From: Eledone cirrhosa
Taxonomy: Eukaryota
DNA: 64,000 bases
Reading direction: 5' to 3'
NCBI GenBank assembly: GCA_964016885.1
Contig: OZ024741.1
Span: forward strand, 132,928,001 to 132,992,000
The translations under genes and the position numbers were made by a program. Under the pieces are notes generated by a model, which saw nothing but the letters and a program-made list of their open reading frames with translations, was not told where the DNA came from and searched no databases. Below, piece after piece: positions 1 through 12,830 of this stretch (position 1 is the stretch's first letter; every line of letters starts with the position of its first letter).

Positions 1-359
1 CACTGTATTCTGAAAAGGAAAGACAAAATACTGGTCTGCTTGATCAGAGTTCACCTATGACTAAACAACAACAAAAGCAGCTAATTTTGTACTGGTAGGC
101 ACAATTGATATTTGATAAATTCAATATTTGTTTACAGCAGAATGATACATAGGACATCAATGGAAGCTACTTAGTAATCAAAGTAATTGATAAGTTGTTG
201 AATAAATAAAGAGCAAAATCTAATGCTGTTGTTTTTGTAATAATTGATTAATGGTTTGATATCAATCTAGAGGTGCTGGCAGGAGCAGAAAGTTGATAAT
301 GGAAAGAGATGTTCAAATACAGTAGAAAATAAAACAATAGAAAATTAATCAAATAAATA

Positions 360-720
360 ATGACACAACAAGAAATGCCCAGTCCCCCACTTAACGTGGT
401 CGTGCTGGTAACATGACAAAAAGCACCCAGTCCGCCCTGTAAGGTGGCCAGGCTGGTGACATGACAAAAAGCACCCAGTCCGCCATGTAAGCTGGTCATG
501 CTGGTGACACAACAAAAAGCACCCAATCTACCCAGTCAAGTGGTCGCTTAGGTGCCACAATAAAAAAGCAACCAGTCCACACTGTTGTAACAGGATTGGT
601 CTTAAGAAGAACATCAAACCTTAGAATCCAAACCAAAATACAGATCCATATGAGCATAACGTGGTTACTTGACCTGAATTGTCTTATGAGGCAACAGGTT
701 GAACCCATAATGGATATTAA

Positions 721-760
<40 letters not shown>
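360..760 (+). repeat. RTE-type 3'-UTR-derived repeat with ~50-bp internal tandem units and (GAT)n tail
   Basis: Repeated GTGACACAACAAAAAGCACCCAGTCC units, then an RTE-tail-like segment ending in (GAT)n at ~722-759; a similar copy lies at ~29225-29565. Confidence 0.6.
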
Positions 761-761
<1 letters not shown>

Positions 762-1004
762 GCCACCCCCTAAAAAAGGAAAAGAAAATTGCCTCATGTG
801 TCCACCTTCCATGCTGGCATGGGTTGGATAGGTTGTCATGGTCTAAGATTAGACAGACCAAAGTGATCTCAATTTCCTCATATGTTCCACATTGGGCATG
901 ATGTTCACAGCTGGATACCTATCCTAAAAGAAATCACTTTACAGTTTCCTGCAATATAGGGCATTAAGAGTTAAACATAGAGTGTAGATGGTATGGTATG
1001 GACC

Positions 1005-1310
1005 CATAACTCCTGAGGGAGTCATAAAGATGCTGTATTGACATACAGCATTTTGGGGGCATTTTTTAAAACCTGATGGAGCCCATCTCTGCAAGTCTAA
1101 ACATGGCAGATTTCTTCCAGACAAGAATAGAAAGTGAGAGAGAGGAAGTTAGAAAGAGATATAGAGGAAGAATCAATCTCAGTGCTAGACTGGTACATTT
1201 TTATTGACCACAAATGGATGAAAGGCAAAGTTGACCGTGGCAGGATTTGAACTCAGAGAGCAGAGAACCGGAACAAATGCTATAAATCATTCAATCCGAT
1301 GTTCTAAAGA
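1005..1310 (-). mobile_element. SINE (tRNA-related head, CCTTTCATCC core) with long 3' extension
   Basis: GGATGAAAGGCAAAGTTGACC...GGATTTGAACTCAG core; the whole block aligns in reverse to ~30045-30370. Confidence 0.65.
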
Positions 1311-1427
1311 GTGAAGATAGCCAGACCAAATATTGCAAGACATTTCATTCAACTGCGCAATTTGACAATGGGTAGTAATTTATGTTGTCTACTACCAAAT
1401 AATTTGACCACTGAATGAATACCTTAA

Positions 1428-1660
1428 CTTTTTTTGTGGCTGTATTTATAATGAAATATACTCTCTTTCAATTAGTTAATGCAAAATTTTGAAGGATTTA
1501 CTCAAATGATTGATTGTTTTGTACCTAAAACAATAACTTAACATATCGTTCTTGTATAATATCATATTGGAAGTTATAAATTTATATCACAATCATTAGA
1601 AATAGGTGGTTTTCTTTCATAGAACCAGGGTTGGTTTTGGATGGGCTGGTATCAAAAGGG
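1428..1660. mobile_element. TTAA-flanked MITE (piggyBac-like), family ending GGTATCAAAAGGG|TTAA
   Basis: TTAA at 1424-1427 and 1661-1664; the same right end recurs near 13285, 14295 and 57220. Confidence 0.5.
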
Positions 1661-3049
1661 TTAAACAGGAAACGGTGATAAAAATTTAAGAAAAACAATT
1701 CCCAGATATTTCTAATACATTCAAATTTCTTTATCAGAATATGTATTAAAAGTGATATAAGCTATGAATTATAAGAATAGTTCTCTAATAACTATTCTTT
1801 TATTGAACAGGGTTATGCCACTATGGCCATGCTGGGGCACCAACTTCAAGAAGTATTTTTTTTTTTAGTTGATTATACTAATTTCAGTCCATATTTTCTT
1901 GGCTTGATAAAAATAAGACAAAGTTGACATGATAGTAAAATACTACAACCTATTTTTTTATGATGCTGTACATGCACACATACGCACATGACTGATTGTT
2001 TGTGTCTTCCAAATTTCATGTACAAAACTTTGGTCGAGCTGCTTCAATTATGGTAGAAGACATGTACAAAGGTGCTGCACAGTGAAATTGATCACAGAAT
2101 TGCATAATTGTAAAATAAACTTCAAGATCTTTTGCACAGCCTAATAGCTACAGAAACTAGGAATTATAATGATATAATTTTTAATTAGTAATCCAAAATG
2201 TTCATGTCTGTGAATGAATTTCATTTGGAAAAACACAGCCTCAACCCCACCCCTCCCCCTTACCAGCTGCTATGGATGTTGCATATGAATCATTTTCAAT
2301 GTGCTATTTATACAAGTTTATGGTTGTTCAACCATGACAGCTGATAGATTGCTTGTTTACACAGCTACAACTATATTTACTTTCTCGGCAATGTAACTTC
2401 AGAACTCAGAATTCTCAATTCTTATATTTTTGTAACAATAACGATAATAAAGTAGGCCCAAGAAACTGAAGCATGTTCTTACAAAAATAGTATGATTACA
2501 AGGTAAAATTGTTTCTAATTGATGCACAAAGGCAGCAATTTGAAAAGAAAGGGAAAGCTTATTAATTCAACCTCAGTTCTTGACTAGTACTTGAACTTAG
2601 AATGTAAAGGGATGTAACTAAATAACACAAGGTATTTCATCTAATGATCAGCTGATTCTGACAGGTGAAGCACATCAGTAAATTTGTATTTTAAACATAC
2701 TTCAAAATTTCATGAGATGTAGCCATTTGTGAATGTTTCCAAAGTAATTACTTTATTGCATTTGACATGTAATTATTACTGCTGTTAACACTACTTAAAG
2801 CCATTTTACTTACTGCTTCTGCCAGGTGAAGCATGCTAGGCTGGAAGAAATCCTGAAAAAACTCTGGTGGAAGTTCCAAGTGTCTCCGATGTATAAATTT
2901 CAATGTAAAATGCTAACTAGACCACTGTCATTAACATATAGTCATTGTTGTTGTTTTTTTTGTTTTTTTTTGTGTGTGTGGGGGGGGGGGGGGGGGGGGC
3001 TTATGCCAACTATTTCAGGCTGCAGTACTGCCAAAGCCTGTAAATTATG

Positions 3050-3415
3050 GAAGTCTGAAATGGTTTCTTTGAGTAACATTACTCAATAGAGTGCAGTTTG
3101 GAGATCAGACTCACTCCAAGTAGAGCTGCTTTTTCTCCAAATTGAGGGATTACAGCTTCAATATTACAAATATGTTGTTAGAATATCTCAGGAAAGAATC
3201 ACAAGACAAATTTTACAAACAAAAACCAACTGGCAGGAGACCCAGAGGTAGACCCTGAGCAATATGGTTGGATAAAATCCATGAGCTTGGCTGGTTTCGC
3301 TTGGGGATCCAGCCAAAACAATTGGAGACAGCTGCTTCTGACAAAACCTGCTGTAAGGAAAGTTTGAGGACTCTGTCCCCATGACCCTCTCACGAATAAG
3401 TGGGCAAAGAAAAAG
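3050..3415 (+). mobile_element. Expander/Rex3-like RTE LINE 3' fragment
   Basis: Decayed C-terminus TGRRPRGRP..WLDKIHELGWFRLGIQPKQLE; further copies at ~24075, ~32200 and ~41590. Confidence 0.65.
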
Positions 3416-4200
3416 ATATGGTTTATTTTGATTTCTTCATATTAATAGGTTGTAAGCAGTTAAATAATTCATACATAACCTGTATGAATAAATACAAGTT
3501 CCCAGCAGATAGCAACAGATAGGTGAACCTGTAGGCAATTGAGAATCACAGTGACATTGAAAAAAGAAAACATCATTGTTTAAAAATAGAATTAAGTAGT
3601 GAGTGCACTGAATCATAATTAGCACCTTAAAAATTTATAATTATCTTTTTTATTACTAATGCACCTAGATAACTTGGGATATTCTGGGTAAATTTACATT
3701 ACAAAGATAACCTTTATTTAAGTTGAAACTGGTCCTTAAAGTGTATAAAGAGAAATTATTACTAACAAACAAAAAAAAATGAAAAATTAACCTCCTAAAT
3801 TAACAGTTATTCTACATGGCTGCCTATTTATTAACATTCAGAGGACACAGCAAGGTCACTGGTAGAAGTTTTCATTTGATTTGTGATATCCATACAAAAA
3901 TAATAACTACCCTGCTTCCCCTCCCCCCGCAAAAAATGAAAATAAAAATAAAAAATGTCAGAACAAGTGCCAAGTTATTTTTACATTATTAAAAATGAAA
4001 GAAGTCAAGACAGCAATTAAAAATAATTAATAACATTGGTCCACGGAGAATTTCCATTCGAGATAATTTTGAGTAAACCAGAAACCTTCCATTGATGCTG
4101 CTTTCAAAACTATTTTGTTCTTTTTTGTTTTGTTTTATCCACCAGCATGTATAGTTCTGGAGATAAAACCAAGAATTATTTTTTTTTATTTTTTATTCTA

Positions 4201-6896
4201 CTGTATATACTCGCGTATAGGTCGCACTTTTTTAACTATAAATAAGTATAAATTTTTGGGGTGCGACCTATCCGATCAACATCAGACTGACCAATAATTT
4301 TTATTAGACTTAATCAATGATGGGTATTTATAAAAATAACTTTGTTAATATTTTTTATTATTTAACATAATAATTTCATATATCTACCTTTTTATACATA
4401 TATTTCTTGATTTTAAATTTTTTAATAAAACTTTGTAGTGTTTACGTTTTTTTCTATCTGACCGAACCATCAGTCATTAAAATCCATAGAAATGCATACC
4501 CGGTATTTAAAATGTGATTTCATTGTCTTAGCGTTGCTATGAACACGTATTGTGACGTATTTATTTTAACAGGAAATAAATTATTGCATGTGGCGTTTCT
4601 TTTCAAAATTAGCAAGTGAGAAAAGTTGATAGTTGAAATTTTTTTTATAATTCACTGAGAAATATGAATTCCGGTAAGAGAAAAAGTTATCAAACAGTTT
4701 TCAAGTTAAAGGTGGTTGGTTATGCAGAAGAATTTGGAAATAGATCAGCAGAAAGAGAGTTTGGAGTGTCAGAAAAGGTGGTGAGAGGTTGGAGGAAACA
4801 AAAAGACAAGCTGGGAGAAATGCCTAAATCAAAGAGAGCAGCAAGGTTTGGAGTATCACCATATCAAGATCTTGAAAAAGAGCTAAATGATTGGGTTTTA
4901 GCTATCAGGGAAAATAGACACATTGTTACACATTGTTATAAGAATGAAAGCCCTTCAACTTGCACCAAAGTACCACTTATCCCAATTTAAATTGTCAGCA
5001 GGGTGGTGCACCAGGTTTATGAATAGGTTTGGACTGACTCTTCGCCAAAAGACACATATTGCACAAAAGCTGCCAAAAGATATTGATGACAAAGTACACA
5101 ATTTTGTAAAATTTATGTTAAAGGAAAGAAAAATGTTTGATTTTGCCATGGAGAATATAACCAACATCGATGAAACACCCATGTACTTTGACATGCCAGG
5201 CAACACAACTGTGGATAGTGTAGGTAACAAAACTGTTACAGTCAAAACAACTGGTCATGAAAAACAACATTTTACTGTTGTTCTAGCATGTCAGGCTGAT
5301 GGAAAAAAATTTCGCCCTATGGTTATTTTCAAAAGGAAAATTATGTCAAAAGAGAATTTTCCAAGCGATGTGATTGCGAAGGTACATCCGAAGGGCTGGA
5401 TGGACGAGAACTTAAAGTTATGGCTTGATGAAAAGTGTGGATGAAGAGGCCAGGGGCATTACTGAAGCTACAAAGTTTGCTAGTTTGGGATATGTTTCGA
5501 TCTCACTGCTGTGAGTCTGTAAAGGCTAAGCTGAAGGATTGTAAAACAAGAGAAGCAGTGATTCCTGGTGGTTGCACCTCAGTCTTACAACCCCTTGATG
5601 TGGCAGTAAATAAGCCCTTCAAGACTTATATCCATAAACTCTGGACTTCTTGGATAATATCAGGTGAAAAAGAAATTACCAAGGTGGATCATTGAAAAGA
5701 CCTGGCTTGAGATTAGTGGTGGAGTGGGTGAAGGAGGCTTGGGAAAGTATCCCTGAAGAGCTAATAATGAAGACTTTCAAAAAATGTGGCATATCAAATG
5801 CAATGGACGGGACTGAAGATGATGTGTTATATGAGGATTTAGTTGGTGAAAAGACAGAAAATGCAGAGAGTGATGAGGGAGATGATATTGAAGAATGTGA
5901 AGATGAATTGAATGACTATTATAACGAATGCACAGTTACAGATGAAGAAATGAAAAAACTATTAATTAACAGGTGTAAAAGTAATAACTTTATGGATAAA
6001 CACAAAAATTTAAACTTTATCTACCTTACCTGTTAGATTTGTTGCAAAAAAATTCAATAATGACCTAGATGTTGACTTCCATCAATTCTAGCAGTTTTCC
6101 GAACAGGTGAATTAATTAAAAATGCAGATATAATCAGTACAAGGTTTTAGTCTTTCTCTACATTCCAGGCAAATATTTTCATTGAAAAAAAATGTATAAA
6201 ACCTTTTCACCAGCCAAAATAATATTTGCAATGTACTCTTACACAATGTACGGTGTAAATTTACATAACAGAATGTTCCCAATATATAAGTTCATTAACA
6301 GGTGTGAACATGTATTGGTGTTGTATCTTTCAACCATGTTGCTGTAATATTTTCAATGGAGTCCGTCAGATCTTCGCTTTCACTTTCAAAGTAACTATCA
6401 TCGTCAGAAATAAATACGCCTGATTCATTTGAAGATAAATCACTAATATTATCTTGTGTTTCTTTTTCATTTCGAATGTCGTCGCACGTAAAACCTTCAA
6501 AGTCGGTATTCGCTACTTTGGGAAGCCATGTTGATATGCAAAAAATCTGTTATACTTTCAATGTTAAAAAACACGTGTTATTTCAAGTTGCTTCACTATA
6601 TTAAGAGTTAATGTTCGCGCTTAAAGGCTTTATCTCGCAGTAATTTCGAATTGACGAGATTTCGATGACGATAATGTTTATTTTATAAATAAAACATGGT
6701 TTGAAGTATATATCGTAACGGCGAAGTAATGGAAAGCTAACAGATTATTAGTTTCAATTATCATAAAAAATAATAGTTTGACGGCCCAAATTTCAGTGCG
6801 ACCTATCTGCGAGTCAATGGCAAATAGCCTATTTGTTAAATGAAAAGTGGGTATGCGACCTATCTGCCGGGGCGACCTATACGCGAGTATATACGG
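4201..6896 (+). mobile_element. pogo-superfamily (POGK/Passer-like) DNA transposon, both ends intact, coding region decayed
   Basis: 25-bp TIRs C(T/C)GTATATACTCGCGTATAGGTCGC at 4201-4225 and 6872-6896 (24/25 match); TA TSD at 4199-4200 and 6897-6898; subterminal GCGACCTAT repeats near 4263, 6798 and 6855. Confidence 0.92.
4664..6036 (+). pseudogene. pogo-type transposase (Brinker-like HTH, CENP-B HTH, DDE_1), about 3 frameshifts
   Basis: Overlapping ORFs 4664-4990, 4923-5444, 5435-5695, 5692-6036 carry KRKSY..FKLKVV, SAGWCTRFMNRFGL, NIDETP, LLVWDMFRSH, LQPLDVAVNKPFK and FKKCGISNAMDGTEDD. Confidence 0.9.
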
Positions 6897-7289
6897 TATT
6901 TCAAATTATATGAAATGATTAACCTTGCTTTTCTACATTGATGTCCCATTCTTATTTCTCCACGTCAACACTATCACTTCCATTCCCTCTTCTCTTTTCT
7001 TTCTCCCCCCCCCCCCATACATATGTTATATACTCTATTCCTTTTCATTCTATCTCTTTCCCTCCTAACTTTTCTCTCTTCTTCTCTGACTGATCTTCTG
7101 TTCATTAAGGGGTTTTGTTTTAGCCAACTCATAGCAGCTGGCTGTTTTACAGCTACTTCTGCATTGGAGTTCCCTTCAATTTTTATCTATTTCAAATATT
7201 TTGTCAAATCAATGCTATTTAATTTATCAGCATGCCTTGTGAATGTCCAGACATTATCTGTCTGGACATTTTCTGCTATGTTTGTGGTA

Positions 7290-7845
7290 CTTCAACAACA
7301 ATGACACAATGACAAACTATTGCAGTGGATGTTATGAAGCCGTTCTGCTTGTTGTTCAAGTGGACTACATGATATGGAGAAAACAAAGAGATCATCATAC
7401 TGACTGCTACTTTTGTAATGTTAACATAATTGAATTTTTTTTCTGCAGAGGAAAAAAAAACACAAGATTGTATTCAGCATGTAAACCGGTCTAACATGAT
7501 AAGACAATGCCCATTCTCTTGCCCTTGAATGATGAACTAGTTTCCATAGACAGTGATGAAAGAGTAATTGGTGAGGTTGTTAGACCTTCTATGGATCCTA
7601 AATATATACCTGAAGAAAATTTGGAGCCAAGGTTATAGTTACTCCAGAATATTTCCATGATCTTTCTTAGAGGTGTATTGCTGTCTAAAGAATAGGCAGA
7701 ACTTTTCACCAAGACTAAAGGGATATAGTTTACTAGATAAGAATGTACAAGTGAGTTGTTATTGACAGCAAAATTTTAGTTTGCCAACATAGTTTAGAGT
7801 AGATGGTCTATTCTGCTATTGTTATGACATCAATCAACTCTTCAT
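7290..7845 (+). pseudogene. Chapaev-like (CMC superfamily) transposase relic
   Basis: MIWRKQRDHHTDCYFCNVN resembles the Chapaev W-R-E-P-x-x-H-x-x-D-C-Y-F-C motif; downstream LSKE*AEL..RLKGYSLL and FCYCYDINQL; several stops and frameshifts. Confidence 0.65.
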
Positions 7846-8161
7846 ATATATTGTCCTAGACACACATGTAATATCTCACAATGAACCAGACCAAGTAAAT
7901 ACTGTCCTAGTCACACATGTAATAACTAACTTATAATGACCCAGACCAAGTTTATAAGAGAAAAATATATTCATAACAGTTAAAACTTGTATGGCCCTTT
8001 CAATACAATATTTCTATCAACGACGCTGCCTATTAATTTTAAATTTCTTACAAAATAACCAAGACTTTAGAAGGATTTGATAATATAACTAACTTTAGAC
8101 AAAGATTCTTATATAAAATTATGATAGAAAGATTTCCTTGCTATCAGGGAAAACAAACTTA

Positions 8162-8250
8162 AATGATGGTGATGATGATGATGACGGTGATGACGATGAT
8201 GACGACGGTGATGACGATGATGACGACGGTGATGAGGATGATGGTGATAA
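8162..8250. repeat. (GAT/GAC/GGT)n microsatellite
   Basis: Direct inspection. Confidence 0.9.
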
Positions 8251-8579
8251 ACTCTTTAAAATAAACAATTTTATATTGTTGATCCAGTGGTGGCTTTAAG
8301 AACTTTGGTATTAAAAGAGATAATATATATTCTTCTGTTACACATGTATCTAATTAAATCTGACATAATAATTAGCTTAAAATTAATAATTATGCACGAG
8401 TTACTCATGTGTATGATGTGTTTCAATTCAAGCAATAAAATGTATTTCCATAATGGATAGTTATTAGAGAAGGGGGGGGGGTGTAACTAGTGTCACATAG
8501 GTAGAAACAAAATTCATTCAAGAGCAGGTGGACAAATCAGTTGTCCACTGAAGCATGGGTATTGTTTGTTGGTCACATG

Positions 8580-8715
8580 ACACCACAATCACTACCAGCA
8601 CTACCACCACCACCATCACCACAATCACTATGACCACCAGCAGCAACAGCAACACCACCACCATCATCAACAGCAACACCACCATCACCACTACCATCAA
8701 CAAAACAGCAACCAG
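8580..8715. repeat. (CAC/CAA/CAG)n low-complexity trinucleotide tract
   Basis: Direct inspection; source of the spurious poly-T/poly-V ORFs. Confidence 0.85.
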
Positions 8716-9407
8716 GACCGCACTGAAGGATCTCTTGTAAAATGATAACCACTTATATGTACACAACTGTTTGACAGCCTTAATGGAGTTATTGCCAACA
8801 CTGATATGTGTCTGTAGAAGCTGCAATATTGATTGGACTCAGAAGATACAACAACCAACATTGTTTAAACTCCTTTGTTACCATGTTTCATCACCATCAT
8901 AATTCAAAGTCCACTTTCCCTGCTAGCAAAGGTTGGATGCGTCTTCACAGACCAAGTCTGTACTGAAATGGGGCAACTGAACAACCAACATTGTCTAACT
9001 TCTTTGTTACCATGTTTCATTATCATCATTTAATACTCCTTAGAAATACAGTAAAAATCCCACAGATACTGAACCTTTCTATAGAACAAATTTACCATTT
9101 TAGCATTATCCAGAGATTGCACTAATCTGTGCCAGCAGCTCAAGTATTAACTAATAAATAAAACAAAACAAAATAACAAAATGTGAATAAATGTAGGAAT
9201 AAAAGTACCAACAAATTTCTGCATGACAAATAAACATGTATTGTTTTGAATTGCCACCAAAATAGAACCCAGATTTTAAAGTCACTTTCATGTTTAACAT
9301 AAGATCGGTTAAGGTGTTCACTGCCAAGAATATTTCTGGTTCCTTACAAATATACTTGCTGAATGGTTCTGAAAGCAGTGACTGTGCCAAGAAAAAAAAA
9401 AAAAAAA

Positions 9408-12202
9408 TCATCATCATCATCATCATCATCTTCGTTTAACGTCCACTTTCCACACTAGCATGGGTTAGACGGGAGTTGTCCCACTTGAGGCAAGGTTGGT
9501 CGGGTGACCATGTCTCGCTCATATAGGACTATCTGGCAGGTTTTCTACGGCTGGATGCCCTTCCTAACACCAACCACATTTACAGTGTGGAACTTTTTAC
9601 CGTGTTACCTACACGACCACATTACAGCGTGGACTGAGTGTTTTTTTTCTCGTGACACCTACACGATCTCGATCTCATTTATCTCATTTATTTGGACTGG
9701 ATGTTGTGTTACCAACTTTATAGAGAGAGGGTGGTGTTGGTGGGAGTGGGAGGGTAGGGTAGGGGTAGTGGATTGGGGTGTATATTTGGTTAAGAGGTGC
9801 CTACTGACTGTAGGTTTTTCTTTGTACATAGGCAAGGCAGGTCTTCTGTATTACTGCGTAGCGCCAAAGATCTCGGTGCAGTGACATTGTCTTAGAGATG
9901 TGCAAGTATGTAAGGTCGGAATTTATCAGATCGTCCCAGGTTTTTCTGGGTCTACCTACTCCGTAACTACCATCAATTTTGATCGCCCTGCACTTTTTTA
10001 TGCAGCTGTCGTCTTTCATGCGCATCACGTGGCCATCGCAACGTAGTCTTCTCTCTTGTAAACAGCATCTGATCCCTCTTATTCCTAATTTCTCACTTAG
10101 TTCATTTATGCTTTGCCGTTCACGTATATTACTATTACACATCCAATGAAGCATGCATGCTTCGTTCCTTTCCAGTCTACGCAGGTCCTCTGCACGCAAT
10201 GCCCATGTCTCACTGCCATGTAGCATTGCTGTTTGTATACAGGCATCATACAATCTGCCTTTCATTTTTAGAGAGAAACCTTTTGTGGCCAACAGCGATA
10301 TAAGCTCTCTGAACTTTTTCCATCCCGTTCTGACTCTGGCTACTGTACTTTCAGAACACCCACCACCACTGCTGATTTCATCACCCAGGTAACGGAAAGT
10401 GTCTACTATTTCTATAGAACCATCTGGGCAATAGAAGGGCTAGTATCCTGTGGACACTTGCTACCTATTGCATCTGAGCATCGGCCAAATATAAAGTCTA
10501 TGTTCCTAGATAGTTTACCTGTGATCCCACTACATCTTTTATGTACCCATACTTTGCATTTGGGACATAAATTTGAATTTCTGCCTACTCCTTTCCTACA
10601 CACTGAGCAAGGCCATTTCCCTGAGGGTACCTGTGCCTTATTTTCCTTTCTACAAACTAAGACTTAGTTAACTTTAAGGCCTTTTGATTCGAGGCTATGC
10701 TTCCATGTTTGGAATTTCTTTTCTAGTTCAGCCATTGATTCAGCTATGAGCGTTAGATCATCTGCGTATAGGAGTTCCCATGGGCAGCCGGTCTTGAACT
10801 CCTCTGTTATAGTCTGAAGGGCAATAATAAATAGGAGGGGACTAAGGACAGAGCCTTGGTGAACACCAACTTTTACACTAAATTCTTCACAATATTCATT
10901 GTTAATTCTAACCTTACTGACTGTTTCATTATACATAGCTTGTATAGCTCTCACAAGCCATTCATCTACACCTAGTTTTTTAAGAGCCCACCAGATAATG
11001 GAGCGGGGGACTCTGTCAAAGGCTTTTTCCAGGTCTACAAAAGCTAAGTAGAGGGGTTTACTTTTAGCTAGGTACTTCTCTTATAGTTGTCGTACAAGGA
11101 AAAGAGCGTCTGTGGTACTTTTACCTGACACAAACCCAAACTGCATTTCATCTAGATCAATTCGCTCTCTGATTAGTTACGCAAATAACTCTTTCTGTGA
11201 CCTTCATGACCTAGTCAACTAACTTAATGCCTCTATAGTTTCCTCTATCTAGAACATCCCCTTTACCCTTGTAGCAGTTAATGATGCTGCTGCTACGCCA
11301 GTCTTTTGGTATGACCCCATTCTGTATTACTTGGTTAACTATACGGGTGACCATAGTAAGTCCCACCATTCCAGATGCCTTCAACATCTCAGCAACTATC
11401 TCCGAAGGCCCAGCTGCCTTGCCTGTCTTTATATCTTTGATTGCCTTACTTATTATACTACCTTTAACTTGCACCACTGGTCCTTCTATTGGATCGATTT
11501 GGGGCAGACTATCTTTTTCCCCACTTATTCTCCTCATTTAATAGTCTCTCGTAGTGACACTTCCAGGCTATCTTCTTATCAGCATCAGTGAGGGTAAGTA
11601 CACCATTATCATTATGGACACACTTCTCCCCGACAATATCACGGTTTTCCTTGACACATTGTCTAGCAATCCTGAACACCTCGCGTTTTTGGTCCTCACG
11701 TTGTAGAACATGCTTGAACTTTCTATACTCTGCTTCCTTTTTTCAAGGTACACTTGTCTCCTAGCTTTTCTCCTGGCCACTTGATAGTGCTCTCTACTTC
11801 CCCCATCTTGCCATACTTTCCAAGCCTGCTTTTTGGCCTTGATTGTCTCTTCTACCTTACTGTTCCACCACCAAGTTATTCTCCTCCTGCCAATAGGTCT
11901 GCTCCGGCCACAGATTTCATCCGTTGTTTTCAGCAGGTTCACTTTCAAGAATTGCCACTGTTCCTCTATATCGCACGTCTCTAATTACTCTTCCTTATTG
12001 TCAAAGGCATCAAGTAATAAGTTTTTTAATTTGTCACTGGCTATGGGGTCCTTCAACGTCCATATTCTTCTCCTCAAGGTAGGCCTCCTCTGTCATTGAG
12101 TACGTCTATTTCTGACTGTAAGGTCACTAACTACTAGGCTATGTTGGGAGGTGCATTCTTCACGGGGGAGGGATTTAGTGTTTACAACAGACACTTTGTC
12201 CC
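9408..12202 (-). mobile_element. RTE-clade LINE, 5'-truncated, RT decayed
   Basis: Minus ORF fragments with WWWNSKV, KGKGDVLDRGNYRGIKL, GVHQGSVLSP, LLYADDL, C-x2-C knuckle and GRPRKTWDD; 3' UTR and (GAT)n tail at 9408-9430; truncated at a (TA)n run. Confidence 0.93.
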
Positions 12203-12337
12203 GTATATATATATATATAGAAATAAGATTTCGCTTCAAGCATAGCTTTATACAAATATGTATAGAAATTTCGTGTTTCTTTAGAAATACGAAATTTCTA
12301 TACACACACACACATATATATATATGTATATGTATAT

Positions 12338-12830
<493 letters not shown>

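Noticed and set aside
6022-6045. Second minus-strand AG|GTAAGG juxtaposition
   Set aside because: Inside the pogo element and lacking a polypyrimidine tract; much weaker than the site at 22792
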